The notes beneath the pieces were generated by a model, which ran no database searches, was not told where the DNA came from, and saw only the letters and a list, made by a program, of their open reading frames with translations. Shown one piece after another: positions 49,555 through 59,516 of a stretch of 64,000 nt of DNA (the stretch's first letter is position 1; the number at the start of each line of letters is the position of its first letter). The DNA is from Chloroflexota bacterium (lineage in GTDB: Bacteria; Chloroflexota; UBA6077; JACCZL01), in the NCBI GenBank assembly GCA_030447245.1, contig JAUJPG010000021.1, forward strand, positions 16,842 to 80,841, read 5' to 3'. The position numbers and the translations under genes are program-made.

Positions 49555-52500
49555 TTTCGTGGAACTGGGCTGTGAGAGGCAGACGTCGCACGCCGGCGCC
49601 CGCGCAGTCCGACGGTTGTCAGCATCGCCATAGCTAGCCAGCCGACTACGCTGACCAGGGCTCCCACGTAGACCGTCGTCGGCTGGAAACGAAATTCCAC
49701 CAGGTGCTCGCCTGGTGGCAGCGCAACCGCCCGGAAGAGGTAATTTGCCTGCTCGATCGGTACCTCGCCCCCGTTCAGCCAGGCCCGCCAGCCCGGGTAG
49801 AAGGAGTCGCTCAAGACCAGGTGCCCGCCGCGTACGGACGTGGCACGAACGACGACGTGATCGGTCCCGTACTGCTCGATCGTCGCGCTGTCGGCCACCA
49901 ACGGTCGTGGGGAAGGCACGTACTCCGAGGCGTGCGCGACGCGGACCATCCCGGGCAACGAGGAGTGGGACGCTGGAAGCCCACCAGCGGGGTCCGGACG
50001 TTCCAGCAGCACCTGGCGCCGAAGATCGAACCCGCGACGCAGGAGGTGGACCAGCGCCCACTCATCGGGCGCTACGGTGACAGCCTCGCCCACGACTCGG
50101 GCGCGCGGCATCGCGGCGCGGTTCTCGTAGATCGTCGTATGCGCGTCCTCGTAAACGGGGGTGTACTTCTCACGATGCACGGGCAGCACGGAGTTGGTCC
50201 TCCCAGCGACCTGGTCGCGCATGGCGAGCCCCGCCAGTCGAAACTGGCCGAACGCGGCGACAGTCCGCACCTCGATCCGCTCGATGAGGCGTGGGCCGGC
50301 GAGCTGGAGGTCGGCCAGGTACAGGTTGCGCGGGTAGGTCCGGCCGGCCGGGTCCCGCGGCTCCCAGCGGTAGGCGACCGTGCCGCGGGCGTGCGACGGC
50401 GTGGGCAGCACCGCCGGGTCGTCATAAGCAGACTCAGCGGTCGCCGTACCCAGGGTGACCGTCAGACTTTCCGGGGGAACGCCCCCGCCCGAGACGACGA
50501 TCTCGGCGATCGCGGCTCCATCCGCCAGCTCCGCTGCGCCGGTCGTCGCGGACAGCACGCGCACGGCATCAGCGCTGGTCGGCGCCAGTCGGAAGGCTTC
50601 CTGACCGAGCGAATTTTCGGCCGGTCCATCCAGCAGTGGGCGGGCGGGGTCGAACAGGACGTCCGCGGCTGCGATTCGACCTGGCGGCTGCCTTGGCTCG
50701 ACGACGTACCGGCTATTCCAGAGGTCGAGCAGCTCATCGTCCACCTCGTTGACCCGAGTCCAGTAGCGTTCCATCCGTGCCGTGGGCAGCGAGCTGTAGC
50801 CGTACGGCTGGGCGATCCCAAATAGGGCCGGACGGCTGGTGATCGCGCTGTCCAGCCGGCCGACGATGAAGCTGCGCCCGAGACCATCCTGGGCGCCGAG
50901 GAAGCGCATCAACCCCGAGCTCTCGCGGAGTGAGCCAATCGGGGCCGTCGGATGGAAGGCGTGGGCGACCAGGAGCAGCTCCGCGGCCGCAACCGTGATC
51001 ATCGCCACCTGGCAGCGTTGCCCTGTGCCTGGCCAGCGCTGCCAGATCGCGATGATCACCATCGTTCCCAGGGCAGCCGCTATGGAGAGGAGCGTCCACA
51101 GATTCGCGGAGTCGAGCGTAGCCATCAATCCGCGGCGGGCCTGCTCGGCCGACAGTGTCGCGCGGTCATGGGGCAGCGCGATGTACACGGACCGAATCCA
51201 GTCGAGTGAACCGAGGCGGTCAGCGTCGACCCACAGGCGCAGTCCGAGCAGGATCACGATCGCGGTAAGGGCGGCAGCGCCGACAGCCCCGACGGCCCGC
51301 GCGACGCGTCGGGAGCCGGAGTCCGCCAGCAGCCGATCCAGCCCAATGCCCGCCAGGACCGCCAACGCCAGCTCGATCACCACGCCGTACCGTCCTGGCA
51401 TCCGCATCGACGAGAAGCCGGGCAGCGTCGCGACCCAGCCATACACGTCGACTGGGAAGTACCCGGCCATCCCGAGCGCCAGTCCGACGAGGGCCAGGCC
51501 GGCCAGCGGCAGCACAACTCGCCGTCGCCCGAGGCTCAGGCCAATCGGTGCCAGCACCGTCCCGACGAGGCCGACGTAGAGGGTGGTTTCCCAGTATGGA
51601 TACAGTGACCAGGCATTGTGAGCGTCAGCGCGGAACAGGTACGGCAGCACGAGCGTGGCAAGATCGAAGGGCGAGAGCGCCCCGGCGGTCGCATCCGCAT
51701 AGGGAACGTCGTCGCCCCGCGAGGAGAGCGCGCCCAGCTCATACGTCGGCACCACCTGGACCGCCGCGCCGGCGAGCCCGATCAGGGTCGTCCCGCCGAG
51801 GACGAGCGCCAGCCGTGGCAGCGTGCCTCGCAAACCTTGCGCGAGCGCACGCATCGGCAGGTAGCTCCAGAGAGCCACAAGGTCGACGAGCAGCACCTGC
51901 GGGTGGAGCCCAAGGCCGGCGAGGGCGAGCGCGGCGGCACCCAGCCCGGTCCAGGCCAGGGCTCGGCGACGGCCGGCGCGCAGCGCGAGGTCGGCGGAGG
52001 CTAGCAGCGCCGGCAGCCAGGCCGCGCTGCGCAGGATGTTGCCGTGGTCGAGGTGCCCAATCATGAAGGCACCAAGCGCGAAGGCCACCCCCGAGTAACC
52101 AGCCGCCAGGCAGCCGACCCCCAGCACCCGTGCGAGCCCGTAGGACCCGAGTCCGGCCACAAAGTAGTGGGCGGCCTGCATCAGGACGAACGCGATGTCC
52201 GGTGGAAAAACTAACAGCGCGAGGATGTTGGGAGGGTAAAGCATGCCGATCTCGCCGTCGGCCAGCAACGGGTAGCCGCCGAAGATCAATGGGCACCAGA
52301 GGGGGAAATTGCCGGCCTGCAGCTCGCGGGCGAACCAGGCCGTAAGCGGGTAGTAGAACGCGCCGGTATCGCGCTGGAGGCCGATCACACCAGGAACGAC
52401 GAAACGACCGAACAGACCGAGCAGCACCACGCTGACGAGCCCGACGCTGAGGATCTCCCGGATGTGCCCTCGTGACATCAAGCCCGCGTCACGTTGGCGC

Positions 52501-52565
52501 GGCCGCCCATCGGCCTGGCGGATGCTAAGCACCAACGTGGGTCGGCGGGCTCTTCGCGGATCCAC
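49542..52565 (-). CDS. YfhO-family polytopic membrane protein (putative glycosyl/glycan transferase)
   Basis: 1007 aa with more than 12 TM segments in the N-terminal two thirds. The C-terminal tail is characteristic: VLSDSFYPGWRAWLNGGEVPIEQANYLFRAVALPPGEHLVEFRFQP plus a final TM. The start is GTG 52565 or ATG 52478. Confidence 0.75.
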   Translation of the reverse strand: MDPRRARRPTLVLSIRQADGRPRQRDAGLMSRGHIREILSVGLVSVVLLGLFGRFVVPGVIGLQRDTGAFYYPLTAWFARELQAGNFPLWCPLIFGGYPLLADGEIGMLYPPNILALLVFPPDIAFVLMQAAHYFVAGLGSYGLARVLGVGCLAAGYSGVAFALGAFMIGHLDHGNILRSAAWLPALLASADLALRAGRRRALAWTGLGAAALALAGLGLHPQVLLVDLVALWSYLPMRALAQGLRGTLPRLALVLGGTTLIGLAGAAVQVVPTYELGALSSRGDDVPYADATAGALSPFDLATLVLPYLFRADAHNAWSLYPYWETTLYVGLVGTVLAPIGLSLGRRRVVLPLAGLALVGLALGMAGYFPVDVYGWVATLPGFSSMRMPGRYGVVIELALAVLAGIGLDRLLADSGSRRVARAVGAVGAAALTAIVILLGLRLWVDADRLGSLDWIRSVYIALPHDRATLSAEQARRGLMATLDSANLWTLLSIAAALGTMVIIAIWQRWPGTGQRCQVAMITVAAAELLLVAHAFHPTAPIGSLRESSGLMRFLGAQDGLGRSFIVGRLDSAITSRPALFGIAQPYGYSSLPTARMERYWTRVNEVDDELLDLWNSRYVVEPRQPPGRIAAADVLFDPARPLLDGPAENSLGQEAFRLAPTSADAVRVLSATTGAAELADGAAIAEIVVSGGGVPPESLTVTLGTATAESAYDDPAVLPTPSHARGTVAYRWEPRDPAGRTYPRNLYLADLQLAGPRLIERIEVRTVAAFGQFRLAGLAMRDQVAGRTNSVLPVHREKYTPVYEDAHTTIYENRAAMPRARVVGEAVTVAPDEWALVHLLRRGFDLRRQVLLERPDPAGGLPASHSSLPGMVRVAHASEYVPSPRPLVADSATIEQYGTDHVVVRATSVRGGHLVLSDSFYPGWRAWLNGGEVPIEQANYLFRAVALPPGEHLVEFRFQPTTVYVGALVSVVGWLAMAMLTTVGLRGRRRATSASHSPVPRNRSA

Positions 52566-52574
52566 CAGCCCGCA

Positions 52575-52805
52575 TCAACCGAGCAGCCCAGGTTCGCTCG
52601 GAGACCACAGCTCTCCTGCCACGCACCACCCGAGCGTCACGAAGCTGACGAGGATGGACAGCATCACCAGCGCGTGCACTCCCAGCGTGGCAGTGCCGGA
52701 GCTCGCGGCGACCACCACCGCGGCCAGCACCCCGGCGTTCACAAACATGAAAAGCCAGAGCAGCGATTTGACCACGAGGAGTGGCCAATCGGTCTTGTAG
52801 TGCAT
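52575..52805 (-). CDS. Small membrane protein, 76 aa, two TM helices
   Basis: ATG with GGAG 4 nt upstream. The codons are strongly G/C-ending. It ends 9 nt before the YfhO ORF. Sequence begins MHYKTDWPLLVVKSLLWLFMFVNAGVLAAVVVAA... Confidence 0.55.
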   Translation of the reverse strand: MHYKTDWPLLVVKSLLWLFMFVNAGVLAAVVVAASSGTATLGVHALVMLSILVSFVTLGWCVAGELWSPSEPGLLG

Positions 52806-53420
52806 ACATCTCCACGGCGTCGGCGCCTCAGGCGCGGTCGGTGGCGTGATCCTGGGTGGCGCGCAGCGATGATCCGGAGCCGGTCATGCCGAGGTGCACG
52901 GGCGGCGGATTGAGGTCGCTCGATCTCCGCCGAGCCCGGTTCGAAATCGGGCCTCGCGCTAGGATTCTCGATGGCGGTGTGACATTGAAATGTTAAGTTC
53001 TCCCGGGTTCGCTTAATCTTTCGTGGATGCTACTGACAACGGCTGAGTCGACGCAAGGTTCCTCGGCGGCGCGGTCACGGCCTCTCGATCGGTGCCTGAC
53101 CCGGTCGAACAGGAGCCGCGGAGGGCGACTCGGCGACCGGTCCGGCGCGAACGATCGATGCCTGAGCAGGCGTGCCCCACGCCGCGATCTCCCTTGCCCA
53201 GCCGCGTAGCAGTCGCGGGATGGAGCGTCCGAACCTAGCCGCGCGCGTCAGGCTCACGGCGAACCCGACGGCGTGGAACTACTGGATGCGATCGCCGTCG
53301 GGCTCAGGGTCGCTCAGGAACGTCTGCGTCATGCGAGGCGCTCACCCGACCGATCATGTCGTGACGGCGGATGTCCGGGCGGAACGGTGACCGGCCACCA
53401 TCGCATCAGGTGGCCAACAG

Positions 53421-53459
53421 CCAGACGGGCTTGGTGGCACTGCCACCAGGCCCGTCTGG
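53421..53459 (-). terminator. Long GC hairpin 25 nt downstream of the secreted-protein gene
   Basis: CCAGACGGGCtTGGTGGCActGCCACCAgGCCCGTCTGG forms a near-perfect 17-18-bp stem. No U-tract follows. Confidence 0.45.
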
Positions 53460-53484
53460 CTGATCGACTACCGTGAATGAACGC

Positions 53485-54072
53485 TTAGTCGTCCGAGACG
53501 CCGCAGGAGAACTTACCGACGAACCGCGTCTCGTCAGCCACGAACATCCGACCGGTCGGCGTGTCGCGGACCTCGCCCAGGTAGACGTAGAAGTGGTAGT
53601 CGCCCGCGGTGAGGCCGCCACCAAGCTGCGGGCTACCAGCGGTGCCACCTTGACGGCCATGCCCTCGATTGGAGACGGTGAGCCCCGTCGCTCCCCTAAA
53701 GCGGGTTACGCCACCACCCTGGGCCTCGGGCGAGATGTTCGCCCGGAGCGCACTGGCGAATGTGCCGGTCGCATTCGCGGCCGCGAATGCGACCGGATTA
53801 CCGACCTGGCTCTCGAGCTCATCGTTGTAGCGGACGATGATGCCGGCGGTCGATCCGGCGGGAACATTCTGGTAATTGACCTGGTAGAACAAGCCGGTCA
53901 CCGTGTCACCGCCGCCCGGGAACATCTCATCGCTCACATTGGTCAGACCGTACATGGCTTGCGCTGGGCCGCACGAGCCGGTGAGCGTGCCGACGTGGCT
54001 CGCTTCGGCCGGTGTTACCAGGACGCTCGCCGCCAGCAAGGCGGCACCGGCAATTGAGAAAACCTTGCGCAT
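53485..54072 (-). CDS. Secreted hypothetical protein
   Basis: The ATG at 54072 has GGAGGA upstream and gives the signal peptide MRKVFSIAGAALLAASVLVTPAEA. The mature part is Gly/Thr/Ala-rich with one Cys near each end. No family was recognised. Confidence 0.6.
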   Translation of the reverse strand: MRKVFSIAGAALLAASVLVTPAEASHVGTLTGSCGPAQAMYGLTNVSDEMFPGGGDTVTGLFYQVNYQNVPAGSTAGIIVRYNDELESQVGNPVAFAAANATGTFASALRANISPEAQGGGVTRFRGATGLTVSNRGHGRQGGTAGSPQLGGGLTAGDYHFYVYLGEVRDTPTGRMFVADETRFVGKFSCGVSDD

Positions 54073-54349
54073 CGTTCCTCCGAACAGAGTCTGCGTGAAT
54101 GGCACCGCGCCGTGCGCGGACGATCAATGTTTCGTGGCTCCCAACAAGGTTCACAGTGGGTGACGTGCCCGTGACCACCTCCCGTGTCCCCACGTCCGAT
54201 TCGGCCCCGCGGCGCTCCACGCCAGAGCGCGACAACACCGCGCCCTTGCGGTGCTCGAGCAAGACTGGGGGGACTGGCACATGTCGCCACCGAGTGGCGA
54301 CACCGCAGACTACCTGTTCGGGACCTTCTTGTCAAGCGCCATGTAGTTA

Positions 54350-55615
54350 GCCAGCAAGAATGTCCGCTTGGGTCCGCCCTGGGGAGGCGGGCAGATGCGT
54401 CACAGCAGCGATGGTTGGACGGCGCGTTGCGGTGGTCAGGCTGGTTCGGGAGGGCTGCTGAGCCAAGGGGCATCCCGAGTGGAGTTGGGCCTGCCGGCGA
54501 GGTCCGTCGATTGGTGCCGCCTGGCGGTCGGCGAGAGGAAGGGCGCGATGGCGGCGGCATCCGGCGCCGAATCGGAGACGATGGTGCGGGCGGCGGCGCG
54601 GCGGTCCAGGCGGCGACCCGCGCTGGAGCGCGCAAGATCTGCGCTGGAGACTGGGCGCCGCTGCCGAGGGGCCGCTGGCTCGGACGTTGGCCGACGCATG
54701 TCGCGGCGGCGCGGCGGTTCGAGGCCGCGGGCCGCTGGAGCTGGTCCAGTGGACACCACCAGCTGCTGGCTCGCGGGCCGTCGGATGGCCTACGTGATCG
54801 TGCTGCTGGACGACGACTCGCGGGCGATCCTGGCCGGGCGTCACGGCCGACTCGGCTGGCAGAACCAAGGTGCTGGAGCAAGGCGTGGGGCGGTGCCGCC
54901 GCGGGTGGCCGACAAGCTCGCACGGGCGGACGCGTCTATCGTCCCGGCTGGCCGGCAGCGCCGACCCAGCGGGCGCGCGCTCGGCGAGCTGGGTGTGCTG
55001 CGGCCGTGGCAACCCCGCGCCAGAGGGCAAGCTGGGCCTGGAACCGCTGGAGCGTGCTCGCCGACGACGCTCGCGGCGTCGACGCCGCCCTGGGCCTGGG
55101 TCGCGCGGCCATCGCCAGCGCCGGCTGCGCGCGGCACGCCTGGGTGCACGTCCTGGCCTCGGGGCCGCTCGGCGACGTGTGCGCCCTGCGCGAGACCCGC
55201 AAGGTCGCCAAGGACCACACCATCTCGCCGACGGCGTGACCTGGCCCCGCGCTGGTCGACCGGTCCTGGAGCTGGGGGCCGAGACGATCCGCGTCGCCAC
55301 ACCGAGGACGCGGGCGCGGCGCTGCGGGCGGCCGACGACCTGCTCGGTCGGTCGCGCACGTCGAGGCCGCGCGGAGCCGGCTCGAGCCGCCGCCCCAGTG
55401 GACGTCAAGCAGGACGAACGTGCTGGTGGCCGAGGCCGACGGGTGCATGGTCCGACATTCTACGTGGGACGGCTCACCGTTCCATTGGAGGCGCAGGTGG
55501 CTACCTCCGTTGTACCGAATCCACCCCGGCGCCGACCGACGGCGTCTGGTGAAAGTGGCCCTGGTGGCAGCGCCGAGCTACGTCGCGACCCGCCGCTCGG
55601 CCGAGGGGTGTTGAG
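54350..55615 (+). mobile_element. Probable decayed DDE/rve (TniA/TnsB/Mu-like) transposase remnant
   Basis: No intact sensible ORF is present. Across shifted plus-strand frames one reads FEAAG(P)LELVQ, VDTTSCWLAGRRMAYVIVLLDDDSRAILAG (like the PLE.VQ.DHT...W.T...DD.SR.I.G pattern) and a later YRIHPGADRRRLVKV-type tail. This is a motif-level match from memory only. Confidence 0.35.
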
Positions 55616-56552
55616 GCTGGTTGGTCATCGTCGCCGTCGTCGGGCCTGCCGAGGCGGCGCGGCGGGGAGCGCTGGAGGTCGAGCCGCTGGGAGGGCGGCG
55701 TGGTCGGCCGCGGCGTTGGCGGTGATCTGCGCGAGGCGGTTGGTCGCTGGGGGATGGGGCGGCGTGGATCTGGGCGCTGGCCGACGAGGCGGTCGAAGGG
55801 CGCGGGTCGAGGTCCTTGACTTCTCCACCAGGTGCAGGGCCGTCGAACGGGTTGCACCTCCACATCTGCTCGTACAGCGCGCAGCCATGTTCGGCGAGGG
55901 CCCGACGTGGCCGCGACGACCTGGCGGTTGTCGCGGCGCGCAAGGCGGCGAGCTGCTGATCGCCGGCCCCAGAAGCGCACGAGTGGGCGGTCCTGGCGGC
56001 AGCTCGAGGATCGGGCGGCCACCGCGCCAGCACCCCGAAGCCGCCCATCGGTGCTGCGGGTCGAGCGGGTCGCGACTCGACCAGCTGCAACAGTCGCCGA
56101 GCGCCTGGACTACCTCGAAGTGGAGCTCGGCCTGTCCCAGGATCCCGCTGCATCAGGACGATCGTCGGCCGATCGGCTCCTTGCGGGCGATCGTGTCCTG
56201 CCCCAGCAGGTCAGCCGCCGCTGGTCCAGCGTGCTGATGCGGCCGAGTTGGGCGACCAGCTCGTCGGTCAGGACCAGTTCGCCGTGCGCGGTCCGCCGCC
56301 GTCGGCGATGCTCTGCTCGCCTTGCGCGAACGTCATCGAGCCTCCCGCTCGCACCGCCTCGTCGAGCTGCCCGGGTCCAGCCCGCCGACGTCCCGGCGCG
56401 CCACGCGCGTGCTGCCGGACCAGGACTACAAAAGCCGTCCCGCTGAGTCAGACCCAAGTAGCTCGCCTGCATTGATGCACTTGCGCGCTCGGCGATCTAT
56501 CTCTTCGCTGTCGAATCCACCTCTACACTCGCCGATCCGCACGTCGCAAGCC

Positions 56553-56582
56553 TTGACCGAAATCGGGCACCTGCGCTATTCT
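56553..56582 (+). promoter_or_regulatory. Candidate sigma-70-type promoter
   Basis: TTGACC (56553-56558), an 18-nt spacer, then TATTCT (56577-56582), in a locally less GC-rich stretch upstream of the acidic small ORF. Confidence 0.35.
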
Positions 56583-56673
56583 GTGACCATCCCGAGCCCT
56601 GACGCGATGGTGCGTTTGGCGGCGAAGGAATCTGTAGAGGGTGCCGTAGGCGCCCATCGAAAGGAGCGGGGAC

Positions 56674-56775
56674 ATGGAAGAAGGTTCGGAGGGCATGGAG
56701 AGCGAGACTGTGGTGATGGACGAGGGGTTGGACTCAGAATCCGTCGACGTGGATACCACGCAGGAGCCTGAGTAG
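56674..56775 (+). CDS. Candidate small acidic protein, 33 aa
   Basis: AAAGGAG lies 7 nt upstream of the ATG. Sequence: MEEGSEGMESETVVMDEGLDSESVDVDTTQEPE. It is below the ORF-track size cut-off. Codon bias is only moderately coding-like. Confidence 0.3.
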   Translation: MEEGSEGMESETVVMDEGLDSESVDVDTTQEPE

Positions 56776-56899
56776 TCACCGACCATCCCCTGATCTAAAA
56801 TCCTGGATAACGTCGAACGCAAGATGGCCGCGGCAACACGCCGCGGCCAGCTTGCGTCGCGCTGCAGGCCGCACGCTGGCGCAGCCTGATTCAACTCCC

Positions 56900-57889
56900 G
56901 ACAAATGGGTCGCGCGGGGCTGGCTCCCACAGCCCCGCGCACCGCGGGGTTCGGCATCCTCGCCAGGAGCTCTCGACTCGCTTCCAGGAATTCCTCGGCG
57001 CGTTCGACGTGCGGCAGCAAGCCGCAACGCTCCAAGACGCGGAGTTCGGCCCGCTCGTTCAACGCCTCGAGCTCGCGTCCACGCTGCACCGGCATGTCCT
57101 GGGCCTCGGCTCCCCAGACCAGCAGCGTCGGCTGGGACAGCCGCGTGAAGTACGGCTTGAGCGGGTGGTTCAGCCGACCGCTGACGAAGGCCGCCGCGGC
57201 ATAGCGGGCGTTCGGCCTGGTGGGCTGTCGCCCAATGCTGCTCCACCAGCTGGTCGGTGATCTGGGATTTGTCCCAGAACAGCCGACGCAAGAAGTGACG
57301 GATACTTGGTCGTGAGACCAGGGCGTTGAACATCGTCTGCCCCAGGACCGGCAGGCGGAACGCCCAGTAGACGCTCTCGAGTGTCGGGTTCGTGGGGTCT
57401 GGTCGCGTCCCCGCTCGGGCAGATCAAGACAAGCCGCTCGACCAGGTCCCGTCTCCGGACTGCCGCGACCACCGCGCGCCGAGCTGAGCGAGCTGGCGAT
57501 GACCGCCGTGGGCCGACCGATCACCTCGGCGAGGAAATCAGTCACCAGGTCGGCGTACAGCTCGCCGGTGTACTCCATCGCCCGCCGTTCCGACGTGCCG
57601 AACCCAGGCAGGTCGGTGCGTAGACGCTGAAGCGTTCGGCGAGCGGCTCGAAGACGTTGCGCATCTCGTACGACGAGGCCGTCGCGTTCGGGCCGTGGAG
57701 CAGCAGCAGCGGCGGGCCTTCGCCGAGCGTCGTGTAGCGGACCCGCCCCACGCTCCAGTTCCAGTCGTGGGTGCGCCCCAGCAGCGTCGGCGGCAGGTCG
57801 TCCAGCGCCAGCGAGCAGTTCAGCGCGGCGAGCGCGCCGGTCACGGCGGCCTTGCCCGCCAGCAGCTTCAGCAGGGTCCCGCCCTTCAC
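56900..57889 (-). pseudogene. Alpha/beta-fold hydrolase, at least 4 frameshifts
   Basis: GTG at 57889 overlaps the crtI stop (GTGA). Segments lie in different frames: VKGGTLLKLL..RVRYTTLGEGPPLLLLHGPNATASSYEMRNVFEPLAERFSVYAP; DLPGFGTSERRAMEYTGELYADLVTDFLAEVIGRPTAVIASSLSSA; AVRRRDLVERLVLICPSG; MFNALVSRPSIRHFLRRLFWDKSQITDQLVEQHW; FVSGRLNHPLKPYFTRLSQPTLLVWGAEAQDMPV..LERCGLLPHVERAEEF. The 3' end is approximate. Confidence 0.6.
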
Positions 57890-59386
57890 GCGACGACCCT
57901 TCGATCCTGGCCGGCGCTGATGCCCAGGTCCTCGGCGACCAGCCGGCCGGAAATCTTGGCCGAGAGGAGTGTGCCCGGGCAGCCCCGCGCGGGTGGGTGC
58001 GGCGCCGACGAAGTAGAGTCGCTCGACGTCCTCCGAGCGGTTGTGTGGTCAAGTAGGCCGACTGGGTCAGTGTCGGCTCGACCGAAAAGGCGCTCCCAAG
58101 GTGGGCGTTCAGCTCCCTACGGAAGTCGAGCGGCGTGAAGCTGCGCTCGACGCGGATGCTGTCCTGGAAGCCCGCCAGGCGGAAGTCATCTTCGAGGAAG
58201 CGAATGATCTTGTCGCGGAACGGCTTCGCCTCGCGCCTCCAGTCCACCTTCGCGCCAAGGTGGGGGACCGGCGCCAGGACGTACAGGCTCGTGCCGCCGG
58301 GGTGGGGCCATGCTCGGGTCGGTCGTATTCGGCGCGTGGAGGTACAGCGAGAAGTCGTCGGCGAGCACCTTGCGGTCGAAGATGTCGCCGATCAGTCCCC
58401 GTACCGCTCAGACATGATGATCGTGTGGTGGAGTAGCTTGTCGTACTGGCGGTCCAGGCCGAGATAGAGCAGGAAGCACGACATCGAGTGCTTCCGTCGG
58501 CGGACCCGCCGATCGGTGTTCTTGCGCCCGGTGACGCGGTGCAATGAGCCTGGTGTAGGTCCAGACGACGTCGGCATTGCTCACCACGCCGTCGGCCGGG
58601 CCAGCGGCGTCCGTCGACCGCGCGGACGGCGACCGCTCGACCGCCCTCCACCTCGATCTCGGCGGCCTCGGTGCCGCACTCCAGCGTGCCGCCGAGCTCC
58701 TGGAAGCGGCGCACCATCCCTCGATCAGCGCATACGTGCCACCCATCGCGAAGTGGACGCCCCCGAGCCGTTCCAGGTACGGGACGATGCTGTAGATCGC
58801 CGAGGCACGGAACGGATTGCCGCCGATGAACAGCGGGTGGAAGCTGTAGGCCATCCGGAGCGCTTCTTCCTCGAAGAAGCGGCTGACGAAGCCTGTAGAC
58901 CGAACGGTCCGCCCGCAGCGGGCCGGTTCGGGAACGACCTTGAGGAAGTCCGCCCAGCGTAGGAATGGCTGGTGGGCCAGGTCGGAGAACGCCCGCTGAT
59001 AGATCCGACCGCTCGCGGCCATGAAACGCCCGGTAGCCGTCTACGGCCGCGGGGTCAAACTTGGTCAGCTCGCGCCACCATGTGTCGGGATTGCCGCTGT
59101 AGTCGTAGAAACGCCCATCGGCAAAGAAGATCCGATAGAACGGCTCGAGTGGAACCAGGTCGAGGTACTCGCCGCTCCGCCGGCCCGACGCCGCGAACAC
59201 GTCGTCGATCAAGTCGGGCGCGGTGACGATCGATGGTCCCATGTCGAAGGTGAAGCCGCCCTCCTTGAGCTGGTAGGCGCGACCGCCCGGCAGGGTCGTT
59301 TCTCCAGCAGCGTCGTCCATCCCGCGCGCCGCCTGCAAGCGGACCGCCGCGGCCAGGCCGCCGAAGCCGCTGCCGATGATCACCAT
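57886..59386 (-). pseudogene. crtI: Phytoene desaturase (CrtI family), at least 8 frameshifts
   Basis: Fragments lie in three frames: MVIIGSGFGGLAAAVRLQAARG; PGGRAYQLKEGGFTFDMGPSIVTAPDLIDDVF; AASGRIYQRAFSDLAHQPFLRWADFLKVVPE; RMAYSFHPLFIGGNPFRASAIYSIVPYLERLGGVHFAMGGTYALIEG; MVRRFQELGGTLECGTEAAEIEVEGGRAVAVR; ADGVVSNADVVWTY; MSCFLLYLGLDRQYDKLLHHTII; LADDFSLYLHAPNTTDPSMAP; VDWRREAKPFRDKIIRFLED..LGSAFSVEPTLTQSAY; LYFVGAA..TLLSAKISGRLVAEDL. Confidence 0.75.
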
Positions 59387-59516
59387 CGGGTCATGTCTGC
59401 ACGCCTCGTCGCGGCATCCCAGACGCCGAGTCTTTGGCGCAGCTTGCGACCAGGGGTTCGGTCGTCGCCTCACCCCGTCAACCGGGCGGTCTCGAATCCC
59501 GGTACGCCACAGGCGA

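Noticed and set aside
52980-53030. Locally AT-rich patch (gacattgaaatgttaagttctcccgggttcgcttaatctttcg) upstream of the small-TM/YfhO genes
   Set aside because: It may hold the promoter, but no hexamer pair with acceptable spacing could be defined on the minus strand.
53075-53332. 85-codon minus-strand reading frame with an in-frame TAG at codon 18 (MTQTFLSDPEPDGDRIQ*FHAVGFAV...)
   Set aside because: The composition after the stop is Arg/Ala/Pro-rich, no family was recognised, and no SD is present. It is probably non-coding spacer.
54015-56237. ORFs of 302-455 aa in five frames (54015-54923, 54184-55239, 54347-55408, 54368-55552, 54870-56237)
   Set aside because: They are mutually overlapping, all Arg/Ala/Gly/Pro-rich, and none has a domain-like run longer than about 30 aa. 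I treated them as decayed or non-coding sequence rather than genes.
56523-58247. 574-aa minus ORF presented as one protein
   Set aside because: It is a chimera. Its N-terminus is the C-terminal part of crtI, its middle and end are out-of-frame and in-frame pieces of the alpha/beta hydrolase, and its last 140 aa are read-through. I split it into two pseudogenes.
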